In this document: piece by piece, positions 13,561-27,479 of the stretch
How the letters are laid out: the number at the start of each line of letters is the position of its first letter
How positions within the stretch are numbered: the first letter of the stretch is position 1
Origin: Vicugna vicugna
Lineage: Eukaryota
Reading direction: 5' to 3'
DNA length: 64,000 bases
Assembly: GCA_013265495.1 (NCBI GenBank)
Contig: MU058636.1
Coordinates: 7,208,295 to 7,272,294 of the forward strand
Notes under the pieces: generated by a model
The model's input: the letters and a program-made list of their open reading frames with translations, nothing else
Database searches by the model: none
What the model was told of the DNA's origin: nothing
Position numbers and translations under genes: made by a program

Positions 13561-14569
13561 CCCTCCCGTGCTGCCCAGAGAGGACTCCACACAGCGTCGC
13601 TCTGGGTTCCCACAGCAACTTAAAAGGAAATCTTCACCATGTCCAGAGCCCTTGATGTCCTGCCAATGAAGGAGGAAGATGTTCTCAAATTCTTCACAGC
13701 AGGAATGCACTTAAGCAGCACCCACCTTGACTTCCAAAAGGAACAGTCCATCTTTGAAAGGAAGGTGATGGCATCTACATCACAAATCTGAGGACAACCT
13801 GGGAGAAACTTCAGCAGCTCGCGCCATTGTTGCCATTGAAAATCTGGCTGGTGTCGGCGTCATCTCCCCCAGGAAGACCGGACAGCAAGCTGTGTGGAAG
13901 TTCCTGCTGCCACTGGAGCCACCCTGTTGCTGGCCACTTCCTGGAACCTTCTTGAACCAGGTCTAGGCAGCCTTCCAGGAGCCATAACTTCTAGTGGTTC
14001 CTGATCCCCATTCTGCCTACCAGCCTCCCCCAAAGGCGTCTTATGTTAACCTGCCTACCTTGGCTCTGTGTGACACAGCCTGTCCCCTGTGCTATGTGGA
14101 CTTTGCTGTCCATGCAACAGCAAGGGAGCAAGCTCAGCCGGTCTGATGTGGTGGGTGCTGACCGGGGAAGTTAAGCACACACGTGGCAGCGTCACCCATG
14201 GGAGGTCACACCTGATCTCTACTTCCACGGAGATCCTGTAGAGACCGGAGAGGCAGAGTGGGTCGCTGCTGACAAGGCTGTGACCAAGGAGCAGCGTCTG
14301 TGTGCACGCATTGCTCCAGCTCCCGAGCTCACTGCCACTCCACCCGAGGTCACAGACGGATCTGCAGGGACAGGTGCCCTCAGTGCGTCCACAGGGGCTC
14401 CCTGCTCAGGACAAGAGCTTGCAGCCCACCACCGAAGACGGGTCTGCCACTCCCGTGGCTCAGGCTGCTGCCAGGGTAGGAATCACCACTGAGGGTCTCC
14501 GCTGTTCTTCCCCAGACGCTTAAACAAAACATGGAAATAAGGTTGATGAAAATAAACACTTTCTTTTAG
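13561..14569 (+). pseudogene. RPSA: Full-length processed pseudogene of 40S ribosomal protein SA (laminin receptor)
   Basis: ATG at 13639 gives [42 protein letters not shown] (cf. [46 protein letters not shown]), then frameshifts. C-terminal VTKE...APAPELTATPPEV at ~14280. Intronless, RPSA-like 5'UTR and 3'UTR, AATAAA at 14551, degenerate TSD aaaaatatcaaagc / aaaaacatgcaaggc. Confidence 0.96.
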
Positions 14570-17500
14570 AAAAACATGCAAGGCAGATGGTAGAGCTACA
14601 CCCATCTTAGTTTCCCAAAGCCTAAACCCATTAGGGGCTTTTTTTGTGCCTCCAAAGCAAACCTAAAGGTACAGGGAATTCCTCTAAAGACAAATGCTCA
14701 AGATGGAAAAAGATGTCCCTCCTAATGTTTTTTTAAAAAAGCCCCCCAGGATGCAGGATGGGCAGTGGAGTCCCAGGGTGGCGCCCCTGGCCATTTTTCT
14801 GGACAGAGTCCTAGGAAGTCAAGTCCCTGGACAAAGTTTGCAGGCCAGGCTGAGCCCCATGGGAGCAGCAAAAGGAACTCATTGCTATGTATCTGCTCAG
14901 CAAAGATAACCCTGAACTTGAGGGTCTCTGTGGACAGGCTCAGTGGACACCTCAGAGGGGACCCTCTTGGACAGAAGACTCAAGGATGGAATCGCCTCCA
15001 ACTTCCCTCTTCAACCCTCGTCAAGTCCTGGGGAAAACAGGGAGAGGAAACCCAGAATAAATGGAAATATGTTTCTGACCATCAAGCAGAAATTAAAATA
15101 AAGTTATAGGAAATTTTTAAAAATTTATACTTCTTTGTCCACCACGTTTGTGGATGAGACTCAGTCTGGTGACAGTGGCAGGGACTGTGTCAAAGATGCC
15201 AGCCCAGCAGAGACAGTCCCTCAGGGCGGCCAAAGGCCTGGATCCAGAGAGGAAGAACAGGAGAGTCGTGCACCAGCAGGAGGGAAGACACCTCGGCCGG
15301 AGTTACAGTCATGGTGACCACACTGGCGGAGCCTCCTTTCTGAGGACGGATGAGGACGTGGAAAACTCTAGTAAATGATGGGCTATCCTTGCTTCTCATT
15401 CCAAAGTGCGGGTCAGTTGTTTCAAACAAATCTTGGCAGCTTCATAAAGACCTGAGCTAGACAAAGAAGTCCTCTGTGGATGATTTGTCTCTTACAGCCA
15501 GGACCAGGTGGATTCTGCCTGACTACTGGAGTCCAACGTAGGTACCACCAGGTGAGCGACCTCCTTATGTGATGAGGAATGCTGCCCCAGCCTGGTTCAT
15601 GTTGTTGCCTGGCATATAGTAGGTGCTCAGTCAATGTTGAATGACTGAATGAGTGTCTGACCTTCTCTGGAGCCTGCCTGCCCCTCTGCAGCCAGGCCCT
15701 CAGGCACCAGAGCTGCTCTTGATGGTTCTGGCCCAGAGCTACCCGGATGCCACAGGGGACTGGCCAGGTGACTCACCCTCCACGACTGAGTCAGAAGATG
15801 CCTTATTTTGAAAGCCTTCCACCCCCAGCTTTTGCTCAATCGCCGTTTTATAATGGCCTGCTGACTTTCTCCCCTCTCCCCTCTTTAGTCCTGTCAACAC
15901 GAAAGCGCGACAAGTATGCCCCTAGCACAGTGCCTGGACAGTGTTTGCGGAATTAAACGATAATGTGCTGAGGTCATGCCAGATGAGCCTGGCCAGTGAC
16001 GGCCAGGCAGTGCTGCCCAGACCACGCTCGACATCATCAAGTGGCAGGAAGTTGGTCATCTCTGATCTGCACTACTTTTCACAAGGTGCTTATATTGTTG
16101 GTAACCTCCATTTCTGAAGTCTTTGAATTTCCATCTGTGTCAAGCGAGCCAACCTGGCTAATGTTCCCAGATGCTCAGGCCAAAGCAGCAGGCTGCTTGC
16201 TCAGGGGTCAGACAACCACTCTGCTCTGCCATACACGCTGGTGCCCTAAGTGGGATGGAAAATAGACCGGAGGAGAGGAGTTTCTGATTATCCTCCAAGG
16301 ATGCCTGAAGCTGAGAAGAACCATGGGGCTCAGCAAATGAAATGCAGCCGCACAGATGCTACAGGACTAGTTAACGTTCTCTTTAAGCTTGATGGGGGCC
16401 TATGAGAGGGATCGTGCTGGACCCCAGGCTGGTCCCTGGGGAGTGGGATGATGCACAGGTGCCCCCTGGTGGTCTTTCCACAAACTGCAAGTCTCCGAAA
16501 GCAGGGTGGTCTCCAGCAGAGGATGGTGCAAACACCCAGAGGAGCCACATCACCTGTTAGGGAAAGAAAAGAATCAATCGGGGGCAGGGGAGCCAGAGTG
16601 CCTTAATTAAGTGCCTGACATTGTGGGATGTCTTCTTAGTGAGTCTAAGCCCAGTTAGTCTATGTGGATTGATTTTGTGATTACCTCTTGAAGTCTGGCC
16701 GCCAGGAGCCCTGATAAAATCTTTACATCTACATTAATCAGGGAATCCAGGTAAGCACCAAGGACCGCTTGCCAGATGTGTCCAGCGGATGAAGGCCTCC
16801 ACTGAGGAGATCAGTGTTCCCAGGGTCAACATTAATTGTCAGTTTCAGTAGCCAAAAAGGGCTGAGCAGTAAGAATGGGGGTAGAGAAACAGGTGGGGCC
16901 GGCAGGGTCACGCCTGGAGAACTTGAAGAGAAACGGTCAAAGCCAGGTGCTGGGGCAGAGCTACAGCCTCCATTTCTGAGCGCTGAGTCGGGGGTGGGGG
17001 GGGGGTCCAGACCCACGCCGCTGCCAGTTGGCTCTGAAACAGCATCAGGACTTTCCCAGAGAAGCAGGAATTATTTCACAGATTAGGACCTATCCTGAGG
17101 GGAAAACCCAAGGTCCATTTCATTCCCATACATAGATGAATCATCCTATTAAGTAATCTTTTTACAATGCATGCGCCAGGCAGTCAAGTGTTCATGTGAA
17201 ATATTTCGTGTTTAGAAAGCAAGGCATTGTTCACAGGTAGACAAGACAGGTGGGCAGACTTTTCTTGCCATAAAACAAATGGGTTAAAAATAATAATGAT
17301 CTCGAGCCCTGTTCAGGAATCTGGAGGACAAAACTCTTAATCCAGAGCCCAGACTGCCATGTAGTTTGAACTGTTTCATCATAAAATTACAGTTTGTACG
17401 CCCACAGTTCTTTGGCTTATGCCTCTAAAAGTTACCAAAGGGGTTATTTACATAGTGTGGCTTAGAGTTTGGCTTTTTGGAAAAGCACACCCTTGTTAAT

Positions 17501-20356
17501 CAAGTCAGAATTTTAAAAACATGAGCTAAATGTGCTCCACTTATTAGAATCGTGCCACACCCATTTAATGGATGACTACATCGAGGCAATTAGGATCCTG
17601 CTATGTGGTTCATGAAATGGGAGAGAGAACAAAGGGAACCTGGCTTTCCTCCATCCATTCACATCGAGGATGCATGTTTCACTATGTGTGTGCCTTACCC
17701 AGTGGCCCTTGAAGTCACGGCTGCAGCAAACGTACTTTCTTCTGGCTTCATGGCAGACAGGCCTCGAGAAGTGACTTCTGAGAAAAGCAATACCCCCTCA
17801 GTGAAAAACTGGTCATAAAACATAAAAGAGAAGCTCCCCTCCTCTCACCAACAGTAATGCGTCTTCTACTGTATCCTGCCTTCTAAAGCCTTCAAACAGC
17901 GAAAGAGTCGAATTTGAAACACTTGCCGCATTAAGGCACAACTGAGCTTAGCCAGGATCTTTATGGGTCTTATAAATATTTATACTTAATAACATCTGGG
18001 CCGAGCCTTAGTTTCGAAGCTCATATTTGCTGAACGAGTCTCGTTGTGGATTTTTTTTTCTTTTCTTTCTTTCTTTTTAAATGAGAAATGAGGTTGGGGA
18101 GGACACCTTTACTTTGGTATTTTACAGTTTTCATATTCATTTCTCTTAGCATAGCTCATGAGAGCCAAGTCTTGTCTGTTTGATTTATTCGTTTTATTAC
18201 TAATCAAGAGGCACCAAGTGAAGCCGGATGGGAGAAAACGGGCAAGTTGAAGGTGGGAACTCTCCTAGGGCCGGCTCACACAGCTGAGAGTTGCACAATT
18301 ATCTGCAAATGTCAGGGCCCCAGATCCACTTTTGCCTGAATTATATGATTGACTGTCCCAAAGGCCCCAAATTTCCTCTAGGTAATTGCGCAATACTCTT
18401 ACTTGTTTTAGTGGAGGAGACTTAGTCATGGCAGTCAAAAAATGTTGTTGATCTCTTCGGATTTTCCAAAAGCTTTTCAAGGAGTGATTTATGGTTTCTG
18501 GACAGGTCAGCCCCAGCCATGTTTGCATAGACAGAGAGCAAGTATAGCTTTTGGATTCCGAGGACAACAATGTGCGAACGCAAGTGAGGTCCCTCCGCAA
18601 TTTTCTGCGCCGGGAAAAGAGGAGGCTATTCAAAACTCACTGGTATTCGGTTTGGTAATGAGTTTGCACTTTTAATCAATTCCAATGCTTGAAAAATTTG
18701 TGAACATTCACTTCCAGCAAAGCAAGGAATCTTGTTTTGAAGACTGACTTAGAAGGAGCTAGAAAGAGGTTTCCTTTCTTATCTCTTCTTTTGTTTATAC
18801 CTCAGTAAAACCTGGGGGGCAGGAGGAAGACTGGGCCTTCTTGCTGGCCCTGAAAGGTTTTAGGAGAAGCCGTATCGCCCTTTCAAACGTCCCTGGAGCG
18901 AAAATGGCAGTGTAACTTATGGGGGCTGCCAGCAGGGGTGGATGCTGCAGAGAAAGCAAGGGAAAACTAGAAGGGATCTACATGTCAGTAAAGTAAGGAA
19001 TTAAAATGTTAGTGTTCCTTGCAGAAAGGGGGAGCTGTCAACTCGGGAAATAATTTAATGGTCAGCGCTGTCAGTGCGTCGGAAAGATTTGCCTCAGGTA
19101 AACCAAAAGGCAGATTGTTGATACATACACACCGACAGCAGATACACAAAGGGAGAGTCAAGGAAGGCTGTTCTGTGACTTGAAGTGAAGTGACTTGCTC
19201 AAGGTCACTTAGGAATTCAGTTCTCCAGGGTGTGTCCCATAAAGAGTCTCTGTGACCGCGGTCCTCCGACCATCAGGACCGCACTGCCTTTCCTCGTCTC
19301 AGTTCCACAGGCATTTTCCCTCGTTTTCTGCTCAGACACGAGTGCAAGTACGAATGTCTGACAGTTCCATTCTGGGCGCTGGACTTTTCTAATGCTCAAC
19401 TCCCCCTGGGTTCACATCCTTTTCTTTGAAAGAAGAGATAAGTCTCTATTATTAGAAGCAAATGGTTTGAGAAAGTGATTTTTCCCCCACCCTCAGCTTG
19501 TCATCCAAAATGTGACGAAAGTGAGACCGAAGATAAATGGCCCACTTCTTGACTTGGAAGTTGGTTTTTGTCCAAAGGCAGAAGACACGCTTGGAATTAG
19601 ACAGCAGGTAGAATTACACCTCATTTTCCTAATGATACAGGCACTATAATAACCTCAGGAAAGTCATCCCCTACATGATACCCACAGGAGTATTTCTAAT
19701 AAGTAACTTGAAATCATACAGTATTCCTGCTGTGACAGTGCAAGGGAACCATGAGGAGATCAGATTTATTTTCTCATGTTTTCCTAAATGAGACTGAGAG
19801 GCAGGGAGAGGGGCATCGCCTACTTAATGCTAATACTCTGACATTGTGTGACTATGTTCTTAGGCCCATATCCAAATGGCCCTCAGGCTGAGAGAAACCA
19901 AAGCTGAAAGCTGAGAACCGTCGATCTCTGACACTGACCTTTCTCAGGTGCCTTCTGAAAATCGAATACGCACGTGATGACCAGTGTGTCCTGTGATTTC
20001 TAAAGGCTGGTGACCCCAGGAACCTGGGGGAATCAACAAAATCTAGCCTTTGGAACAGAGACTCAAGTTTCAGAAATAAAACCAATGATTTTGCTTAGAA
20101 CAGTTCAAAGAAAGCAGATGCAAATTTAATTTGGGGGTTCCACAAAATTCACTAAGCAACAAATTTAAAGGGATATAAAAGACTCCCAGCCAAGAATTTA
20201 AAATATAACCAAAAGTAATAATAATAATAATAATATGGGTAAAATATTAGCACACAGCATCTGGTTGAGGAAAGAGTTCCATTAGTGTTTTTGACTAAAT
20301 GGAACAGGAACCCTTTTAAGCCTTGACTGCTCTGTTAGACACACTCTCTTAGAATG

Positions 20357-20550
20357 ACAGGCACCATTTATTGGGCACTTACTTGCTATCAGACACTAAG
20401 CTAGGTACTTACAAACATTATCTTGGTTAATCCACAAGAAGTAGGAGTTATTATTCCCATTTTCCGAATAGGGAAGTTGAGGTTCAAAGAAGTCTGCCCC
20501 TAGATAATACAGCTGATGTGTGGAGTAAGCAGGATCCAAACCCAGGCTAT
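20357..20550 (-). mobile_element. MIR SINE
   Basis: catttattgggcacttact...attattcccattttccgaatagggaagttgaggttcaaagaag...ggatccaaacccagg. Confidence 0.75.
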
Positions 20551-22729
20551 CACAAGGCATGAATTTCATCATTCAAGGCCCCTCCCCCACCAAGACCAGA
20601 ACTAGCACCTCACTCAGGCAGCTTGGGGAAATCTCAGGTGCCCAGCCCCCTGGGAGCTCCGTTCTAATCTAGATGATTGAAGAGCTGGACTCAGTCAGTT
20701 TATTAGAACAACCATTTCCAGGTTATTGTCAGAATTTGGTAAGAAGAAATGACGAGGCATGCGATCATTCTGAATAACATCCAGAACATGAGCCCGGAAG
20801 GCTGAGGAACAGGTACACCAGACTGAACTCAGGCTGAAAAAGCAACAGAAGAGAGGTCTGTAATTAGGAGCAACTAGTTCATTCAGGAAAAGCAGAGGGC
20901 AGTGTTTCTGACAAGCCTGGGTGCCAAGGCCAATATTATCTTATAGCAAAAAATAATTGAGGCCGATACAAGGCTTTTGCAGATCCAGACTCACCGTGAC
21001 CAGGAGAAGAACAGGGAGGTGGGGTGAGCAGTTGAGGATAGCAACCAGCTTTCAGTAGCTGGGGAAGGAGGAGACAGAAGCAAGTGAAATTCAGTATCCC
21101 AGAAGTTAAAGCCCTGTGCCTGTCGAGAACAAAAGAAAACACGCCTAATGGAGTAGAATAATAAAGAGCGCTCTGCGTTCAGAGGGTATTGGGTCCCTGA
21201 AAGACCTTCGCAAATAGGGCGTGGAATCCATGGCCATACACCTGGGAGGCATTGTTTGTGCCAGGCACTCTCTGGAGTGGCCCTGGTCTCTGACAATGGA
21301 GAGAAAGTGCTCACACCATGATTGCATTCCCGGCCTCAAAGCCCCCTGGGAAGAGAGCATCGCAGCGGGGGCCGGGGGAGGGGTGGGCTCTTCTTGCCAG
21401 CGGGTGGGAGTTTTCCGTGTGGCCTCGTGAAAGGTGAGCTCCCTCTGCTCCCAGCTGCCCTCCCTCCATGCTCACTCGGGGCAGACTAGCTAAGGGTAGA
21501 GTGGGTGTGGTTAACACTCGGGTATTTGTTTAAAGATGACTGGGTTTCAGAGAGTGAGAATATACTAAAGCAATGAGCCATAAAGTTTTTGGCTTACCTA
21601 CCTTCTGAAATAATTTTGAAAAACTTTGTAACCCCACCCATATCGTTCAGTTGACCTCGGAGTTTTTCACCATACGTTTTTCATCATAAGTAATTGCAAA
21701 GTAATGGCAAAGGAGGTAACTTCTGGCATATTGTACGATTTGACAATTCAAAACATAACTCATTAGCTCTTTTAAATGTGTCCAGTTGAATGATTTAATA
21801 CCTGCCAACATCCATTTTAAAAACACAAGTGCAATAGCTTCTCTTTGACATTGTACTTTCATTCTACTTCTCTTTAAGATCCATCCGATTGTATTGCATT
21901 TTCGTGCTTGTCTTTTATGAGAACTCTCATATATTTCTGTGATAGGTATATGTGTGTGCGCATATGTATATTTTTAAGTTTATGGGCTTAAGTTTTTTTC
22001 TTCGGGATTGAGGTATTATTATAAATTATTAATAAACAATTGACCACAATCATATGAAGGTTTTACACATTGTGAAAAATAAGTATAAGCATAAAATTAA
22101 AACTTTTAACTGGATGTATACATTAATGGTATGGAAAGGGATTTATTTGTCTTGAATTGTTTCTTTGGTGCCCTGGAAGTTGTCACACTTGGAACAACAT
22201 GGCACAGTAAGTTTTGGTGGTGGTTGTTTTTTAGTTTTATTTATTTTTATTTTTAATAGAATAGAAGGAGGAAGACTGTGGCAGTGGTGATGGCAAAGGA
22301 GGGGAAAAAAAGGCTGGTTCTCAGGCCAATCAGTTTTAGGAGAAAACTCATGGAAATTGAGGAGTTGGAAATGGATTTCCTTGAAATTATCCACGTGCCA
22401 GTACCAGATGGGGAGACTGGGTGCAGGGGTCGGGCTGGCACCTGCACTTCAATTTGAGGACCGCTGTCCTGAACGGCGCTGTGTGATCTGTCATTTTCTC
22501 TCTCTGATGGGGCGTCAGGGAGGCCGTCCCAAATCTGACGGTCCCAGGTGAGAGTGGAGAAGTCGGCAGTCCCCAGCTTTGACTTTGGTAAAGAAGAAAC
22601 CTCTCCGAACTTGAGCTCCCCCTTCTTTACAACAGGTGCACAGAAGCTGCTTCTCCCACAGGGCACCAGGGGGCCTGGTGACTACTACATGGAAGAGGGG
22701 ATGTTGGAAGTGGCTGCTCGGTGCTTATC

Positions 22730-23010
22730 CGTTTCCTAAAAAATGAAGGGAAACAAGTGGAATTCGTTTTAATTTATAGAAACAAATACATCCAAACTAC
22801 GTATCGTTTAGCCCAATATATTCAAACTACTATTATTTCAACATGTGATCAATATAAAAAGTATGAATGGGATATTTTATTTTCTACTTTCTGTACTCAG
22901 TCTTTGAAATCCTTGAAATTTTAAACTCGTAGCTCATCTCCATTCCCAGGGCCCACACGTCCCGGACTCTGCAGCCCTGAGTAGGTGCGTCACAGCCCTC
23001 ACAGACGTAG
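22730..23010 (+). mobile_element. MER33-like hAT-Charlie DNA transposon
   Basis: tttagcccaatatattcaaac...atttcaacatgtgatcaatataaaaa...gatattttat...tactcagtctttgaaatcc...catctc. Confidence 0.7.
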
Positions 23011-23081
23011 AACAGTTGCTGGCACCAGGCACGCGCTGTCCCGTGTTTAATGAATTGTCGAATCCCACTGAATCAGAGCCT

Positions 23082-23532
23082 CTGGGCTTTCCACGGCTGC
23101 TGTAACAAATCACCAGGAAACTGACAGCAAACTGACAGCTTAGAACAACAGAAATATATTCTCTCCCGGTTCTGGAGACTGGAAGTACAAGATCAAGGTG
23201 TCGACAGGGTTGGTTCCTTGTGGAGGTTCCCAGGGATCATTTCTGTGCCTTTCTCCCCTTGCTCTCCCAGCTTCCTGGGATTTCTAGGCTTGTAGACGCA
23301 TCACTCCAGCCTCTGCTTCTGTCTCCACATGGCCTTCTTCCCTGTGTCTTTCTGGGTCCTTTTCCGTCTCTTACGAGGACACTCTCGTTGCATTTGGGGT
23401 TTCCCTACTCTGAGAGGCTCTTGTCTCCATCCTTACCTTAATTGTGTCTGCAGAGACCATTTTCCAAAGAAGTTTACGTTCTCAGTTTCCGCGTGGACAT
23501 ATGTTTTGGGGGGACATTATTCAACCCACTGC
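23082..23532 (-). mobile_element. MLT1 (MaLR) solo LTR
   Basis: ggctgctgtaacaaatcacca...ttagaacaacagaaatatattctctcccggttctggagactggaagtacaagatcaaggtg...ggggacattattcaaccc. Confidence 0.85.
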
Positions 23533-24997
23533 TGGAACCTAGGCACTTCTATTTGTAACAGCTCCTGGCCAATTGTTCTGTGCAGCGTGGGCTGAAGGAA
23601 CCCAGGTAGCATAGCTCAGGCTCAGCCCGGGTCTCTGTGGCTCCAAAGTCCATGGTCTCATAACCTGTGTTTAATCCTATCTCACATGTTCAACGTCTGT
23701 GGAATCTTACTAGTTGCTCTTCACGAAAGTCCTTTGTAAAAATGTTTCCCGTTTCTTATTTCTAGTCTTCGAGTCAGTGACTTGATGTCACCATGCATTT
23801 TTCATATTTAGTAGAATAATGTGTCTGAATGAGAACCATCTTTTCTATGGTGCAAAGATGTGACCATTGTGGCAAAAGACTAAGAAAAGGATTTGCTTTC
23901 ATTTTAAGGCTGAAGAGACTATGAAGGAAGGAGAGACTAAATTCAGTAATGCATTTCGCAACCCGCTGTTTGAAAAGCATCGTCAGATCTGGGAGCAAAA
24001 TCCAGAGTGTGTGTCCATAGGTAGAAACAGCTCTGGAGAAGGAGCTTGTGAAGAAATGTCTGTGATGTGTATCCAGTGCTCCGAGGGAGGAGCTCAGGAT
24101 TACGCACTGAAGGGAACGTTTGCTGAAGGAAAGGTATGATCCTTCCCTCTCAGGTGTGTGTCCAAGACTCAGAGGACGACTAGGAAAGCGACTCCAGATG
24201 CTTCTGCTCGGGGAGGGTGGAGAGCCCTCGGTAGGGATGGAGGGACCCTGTTTCTTTGTTCACATACACGTGAGAGTCAACACAGCTCTCTTCATCTTTC
24301 CTGTTATTTCTTCCAGGTTTTCATTTACCCAAATAAGTAGAACCACCCAAGCTTCCCATAATGGCTTCAGTAGTCCTCGCTGTGTGGTAAGGACTCCAGG
24401 AACAGGGCCAGGGTCAGGTCAGGGTTGTCTCTTGGTGAACCGGAAAGACTGCCGGCCAGTCTTCTGCCAAATGGCTCTAACCAAGTGCAATGGCATCTCA
24501 GTGTCCATTGTCTCTGGCCCTTCCTGGGGCTGCCCCGTGGGGCCCAGGTGTCATGGACCTGGAGGAACAGTTACCAGCTGTACAGATGTCCCCTTGCTCA
24601 AATCAGCAGCCGCACTTCACAGGACGAGGGAGGTCTGTCTCCCTGAGACAATTCCAGGCCTGGGCTTGGTGTCTAAAGTCTTGGCTTTTGGCTTCAAATT
24701 TGGTGGAAGGGCCTTGAGAAGATGATTCCACACCTCTCCCACATCAGGACACAAGGCATTGGGTCCTCCTAATGCATGTGTGCTGTGGTTAAAAAAAAAA
24801 GAAAGAAAAGAAAAAGAAAAAGAAAAACCCAAACCGAAATCCAAACCCAACCCAACTTGTCGAGCTGCTGCCTGGGTCAACCAAAACTACAGGACTGTGG
24901 CTGCACTGGGAACTGTTCATTTTGTGGTCTGAAGTGTGGATTCTTGTTTGCTTTTTGAAAGTGCATCTGCTTTGAGCCACACGAGCACTGCATGCCT

Positions 24998-25395
24998 GCA
25001 TCATGGACTGAACATGTTCCCCCCGCCCCAAATTTGTATGTTGAAAGCTTAACCCCACTGTGGCTGAATTTGGAAATGGGGCCTCTAGGAAGGAAATTAG
25101 ATTAAATGAGGTCATGGGGTGGGGCCCCAATCTGATAGGATTAGTGTCCTTATAACCAGAGACCCCAGACAGTGCTCCCTCTCCCTCTCCTCACAGTGAG
25201 GAGGTAGCTGTTTGCCGCCCACAGGGGGAGCCCTCTCAGACATCAGCCCTGCTGGCAACCTAATCTTGGACTTTCCAGAAAGTCCAAGAAAATGAATTTC
25301 TGAAAAATAAATGTATTTACTTACTTTTATTTTGAGAGAATAAATTTCTGTTGTTGAGCTCCCCAGTCCGTGGAACTGTGCTAGCGGTCAAGCAG
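24998..25395 (+). mobile_element. MLT1A-like solo LTR
   Basis: atggactgaacatgttcccc...aaatttgtatgttgaaagcttaacccc...ggattagtgtccttataa...aataaatttctgttgtt. Confidence 0.85.
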
Positions 25396-26329
25396 AGGCG
25401 CCCCCTTTGAGAAACGCGGCGGGCAGGAGGGCGGGGCACATCCAGCCTCGGCTTCTTGCCTGCCCTCATCCTGTCCTGCCTGGCTTTCAGTTTCATTTGC
25501 AAGGTTGCTGATGTAACCACGCGAACGAGTGAGACTCTCGCGGGTGGGGACCCCTTGGATGAGGCTTTCTTCCTGACAGGGCGCCCTCTGCGCCCTCCAT
25601 CCCCCTCTTCCTCTTGCGCTCTGCTCCGTGGGTGGGGTTTTGACTTTCCAGGTGAGTTCTGCAGACGTGGGCAGAGGGCCTCTCTTCTCCTGGTGACCTG
25701 ATTTTTACTTCTCTGTAGACTCTGTAGGCGTAAATTAAGGGGATATAGTTCTCTCAGGACCTCTGCAGATCTAAAAACACTTTTTTCCCTGACAGTGTTT
25801 CTTCTTATTACTCATCTTTGTAAGAGACATCATTTTTTAAGGGACAAAAAGCAAAACAAAACAAAAAAAACCCAAAATCAGCCACATGAGAACAGAGCTT
25901 CCCTGAAATATGGGGGAAATCCAGTGCACACAGCTGTGGGGATGACTTCACTGACAGCATGAGCAGACCGTGCTGGGCGCTGAGCATGCAGAGACGGGGC
26001 GAAGGGCCCCTCCTCTCAGCGGTTTAGAATACACTAGGAGACAGTCAAGTAACAGATCTTCCTTTTTATTTTAAACTTAAAAAGAAAAAAGAATAAGATA
26101 GAACAAAGATTTTTTTCTCCTACGGTCTCCTACCCCATTTATAGAGTGTGCCTCACTCACATTTGTAACCTCTGAGGAATAATAGCAACAAATGCCAAGT
26201 GTGTTTTCACACACCCACATCCTGAGCGCAGGCACTGGGCCCTTGTGTTGGGTCAACACGCATTCACGTATGAACTCACCTGATGCACAGGGCTGTTACA
26301 GCTACTAAGATCAGGAAAAGCAAATTGCC

Positions 26330-26451
26330 CTTTTGGAACTGGACTGGGTGGTGGTTGTATAACATTGTATTACATGCCACTGAATTGTACACTTGAAAGT
26401 GGTTCATTTTGTGTTATGTGAATGTCACTTCGATTTAAAAAAAAAAAAAAA
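26330..26451 (+). mobile_element. L1M 3' terminus with poly(A)
   Basis: gtggtggttgtataacattgt...gccactgaattgtacacttgaaagtggtt...atgtgaatgtcacttcgattt followed by an A-run. Confidence 0.8.
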
Positions 26452-27479
26452 CAACCAAAACAGCTAGTTGCCACGTGGGCCAGGTGCTGGGCTAAGATGC
26501 ACTTAAACACCCGAGACCCAAGGCCCGAAGACAAGTGCGTATCAGGGCGGCAGGGCCTCGTGTCCAGTGAAGACACAGTCGAGGTTAAAGTCATGGGCCT
26601 GAGTGGACAGTTAGACCCAGAACCCCGTTCTTATCCTGTCCAGCCTGAGCCCGGCCTGTGCAGCTCACCGACACGTCTGACGTGGTGAAGCAGATTCCAG
26701 AACTTTCCTCGCTATGGCTGTCCACTTCTCGGAGTTACTCTGTATGTAACTTTCACAGTATAACATCATGTTTCACTCTTGCCTCGTCACCCCTCTGCCA
26801 AATCTCTGACGTTTCCTACGTCTGAAATGCTGGGCGACGTGCAGCGTAATACTGCTCTTGTCATGTTGTGGTTACCGTTTGCCCTGTGCAGGCCTCCTGA
26901 AGACGTCCGTAAGTGTAATGCTCTGTTTTCACACCTACGCACACACCTCCTTCTTCCTCTTGGACTCCTCCCAGCTGGGGGATTAAACCCCAGTAATTTG
27001 ATCCCCCGGCCTTCTTGGCCTAGTTTCCATGGCCTTGGTTACATCATAATTTCCTTTCACTGCACAGTGTGTATTTTCTGGCCAACTGTCTTGTTTCTTC
27101 TCTGCTGCACAATTGTGGGAAGACAGTGGAACTGACGTGCCTTTAAGCTCACGTTTCTTTCCTTTGAGGGAATGTTCCAGGCTCTCTTCTCAGCTCCCCG
27201 AGCTGCTACTTTCCTTCTGGGTCAACAGCACTGTCTTGTCGGTGCTCCTCAGAAAACGAGCCTTTCTCCTCTGTCCTGGCCGCTCCTCGTGATTCACATG
27301 CTGGTGTTTTGCACGGTGGTCTGTCCCCGCCCCCGGGGGTCATGGGGCTGTGCTGGGTTTTTGTGTGTTTGTTTCTTTAATCTCTGTTCTTGTCAGTGCT
27401 TGTTCCCCAAGGGTGCTCTGTGACTCTCAGGGGATCCCAATGCATTGAGGTTTGCAGCCGTCCTTCAGGGCACAGACCA

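Noticed and set aside
24120..24725. Longest ORF in the track (201 aa)
   Set aside because: Non-ATG start, no recognisable domain and no splice structure; a chance ORF.
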